From assembly GCA_001949185.1 (NCBI GenBank), contig BDGG01000011.1, positions 67,249-131,248 on the forward strand: DNA of 64,000 bases, given 5' to 3'. The notes below the pieces were generated by a model that worked only from the letters and a program-made list of their open reading frames with translations, was not told where the DNA came from and ran no database searches. Within the stretch, counting starts at the first letter, position 1; each line of letters opens with the position of its first letter. This document shows positions 62,846-64,000 of the stretch, one piece after another. Source of the stretch: Ramazzottius varieornatus (taxonomy: Eukaryota; Animalia; Tardigrada). A program made the position numbers and the translations under genes.

Positions 62846-63145
62846 GCCCTATCCAGAAATAAGCTGCGGTTTAGGCAACAGAGACGGAGTATTTTCTGCT
62901 TTTCGGTTCGTCCTAGCTCCTACGTTCGCGGGGGGCTTTTAACGATTGAGACGAAGGTAGCACGGATCTGAGTGGTAGTTTTACTTTGGCAGCACTCGAG
63001 GTTCTCGTAACATCCACGACGAAGTTTTCAAACTGACAAACTAGAATGACAGACGGAGCTAACGCGTTGTCCAATGGAAATCTAGCTGAAAAGCAGAACA
63101 GGCAGGGAGTTCCCAAACGGACAGAGAGAACAGCGACACTGCTGT

Positions 63146-63715
63146 CTACAGATCTCCTTCCTCCTCGTCGATGTACGGTACGGGAGAATCCCTTTCCTTA
63201 CTGGTAGAGGCTCCAGCCCCATATCGATCATAGTCACTTGTCGAGCTTGCTTTCCGATAGTACGTCAGACGCTTGCTGAAAGCTCTAAGAAGGTCTTCGA
63301 CACTGATGTGAACCGCCGGGTTCTTCACGCAGTGTGGATGATAAGTGTTTATCCAGCCTGCGAAACCAAAACAGTTAGGGAGTCCCCAAAGCACCGTCAG
63401 AACTATCCACAAGTATGTGTTCAGGAAGCGTACCCGTGATATCGATGACGGTATCACGGCCTAGAGCGGCCTGCAGCCCGAAGTTCCGGCCGGTGCAAAT
63501 GGCCATGGCGGTCTTGTGGCTACCGAACAGGAGAAGTGCGAGGTCGACCGCATCAAGCATCGGATTGGATCGGACTTGCTTCTTGAAGACGGAGAAACGA
63601 GCCGTCAAGACCCACCGCAAGCTACCCGGAAACATTTCTTCCTTTCCATATCCCGGATTCTGCATGCTGTTCTTCACACGTTGCAGCAGGTTCTTTTGAA
63701 GAGGCGTGAGACCAC
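63146..63715 (-). CDS. 3' exons of a putative BEN-domain protein (intron 63358-63433; gene continues upstream)
   Basis: Spliced AVDLALLLFGSHKTAMAICTGRNFGLQAALGRDTVIDIT|GWINTY..VEDLLRAFSKRLTYYRK fits the BEN pattern (L..LF...TG...L...I...K L...R). Clean gt/ag phase-1 intron. Confidence 0.55.
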
Positions 63716-64000
63716 CTAAAGATAAACATTTTTATTTTGTGTGATGCAGATGGACTAAAATTTGTTGAAGGCGTTGCTTACCGGAGGGTGATCGAGCATT
63801 CCTTTCAGCCGGACTCGAGGAAGCTTTCAGCTTTAAAACAGGGTGGGAGTTCCCATATCCGTCCGAGCTGCGGTTCCCCAGTAGTGAACTGGAGCCGGCG
63901 GCTGAAACCAATACATTATCAAAACGGGTTATAATGGGTTACCAGCAAGTTGAGGCCGGCTCTGACCTGGTGTCTTAGGCAGTTTCACTGCAATATCCCT

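Overview
Eukaryotic (animal) genomic DNA with short GT-AG introns and two 50-N assembly gaps. The gene content points to a small-intron ecdysozoan, most plausibly a tardigrade; this is an inference from an arthropod-type gustatory receptor, CBM14 genes and tandem divergent ANF-receptor/guanylyl-cyclase paralogues. Contents from left to right: (1) a complete BBS9/PTHB1 gene; (2) two intronless secreted proteins, one Tyr/Pro-repeat and one Thr/Cys-rich, sharing an unnamed C-x7-C-x15-C-x3-C module; (3) an intact gustatory receptor; (4) a run of decayed gene fragments (GPCR, a catalase-fold ORF fused in frame to an EED/ESC-like piece, a chitin-binding protein); (5) a secreted PEBP with an altered pocket motif; (6) a receptor guanylyl cyclase whose catalytic residues are lost, head-to-head with an apparently ectodomain-only paralogue; (7) two adjacent tyrosine-recombinase retrotransposons with Ngaro-type ORFs but inverted termini and a shared 3' stem/pseudoknot, the first interrupted by a LINE; (8) a third, pseudogenised receptor paralogue; (9) a BEN-domain gene fragment. 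Many MITEs (Tc1/mariner, hAT, PIF/Harbinger, P-like, foldback) fill introns and intergenic space. All calls are by-eye motif recognition; no database searches were run.
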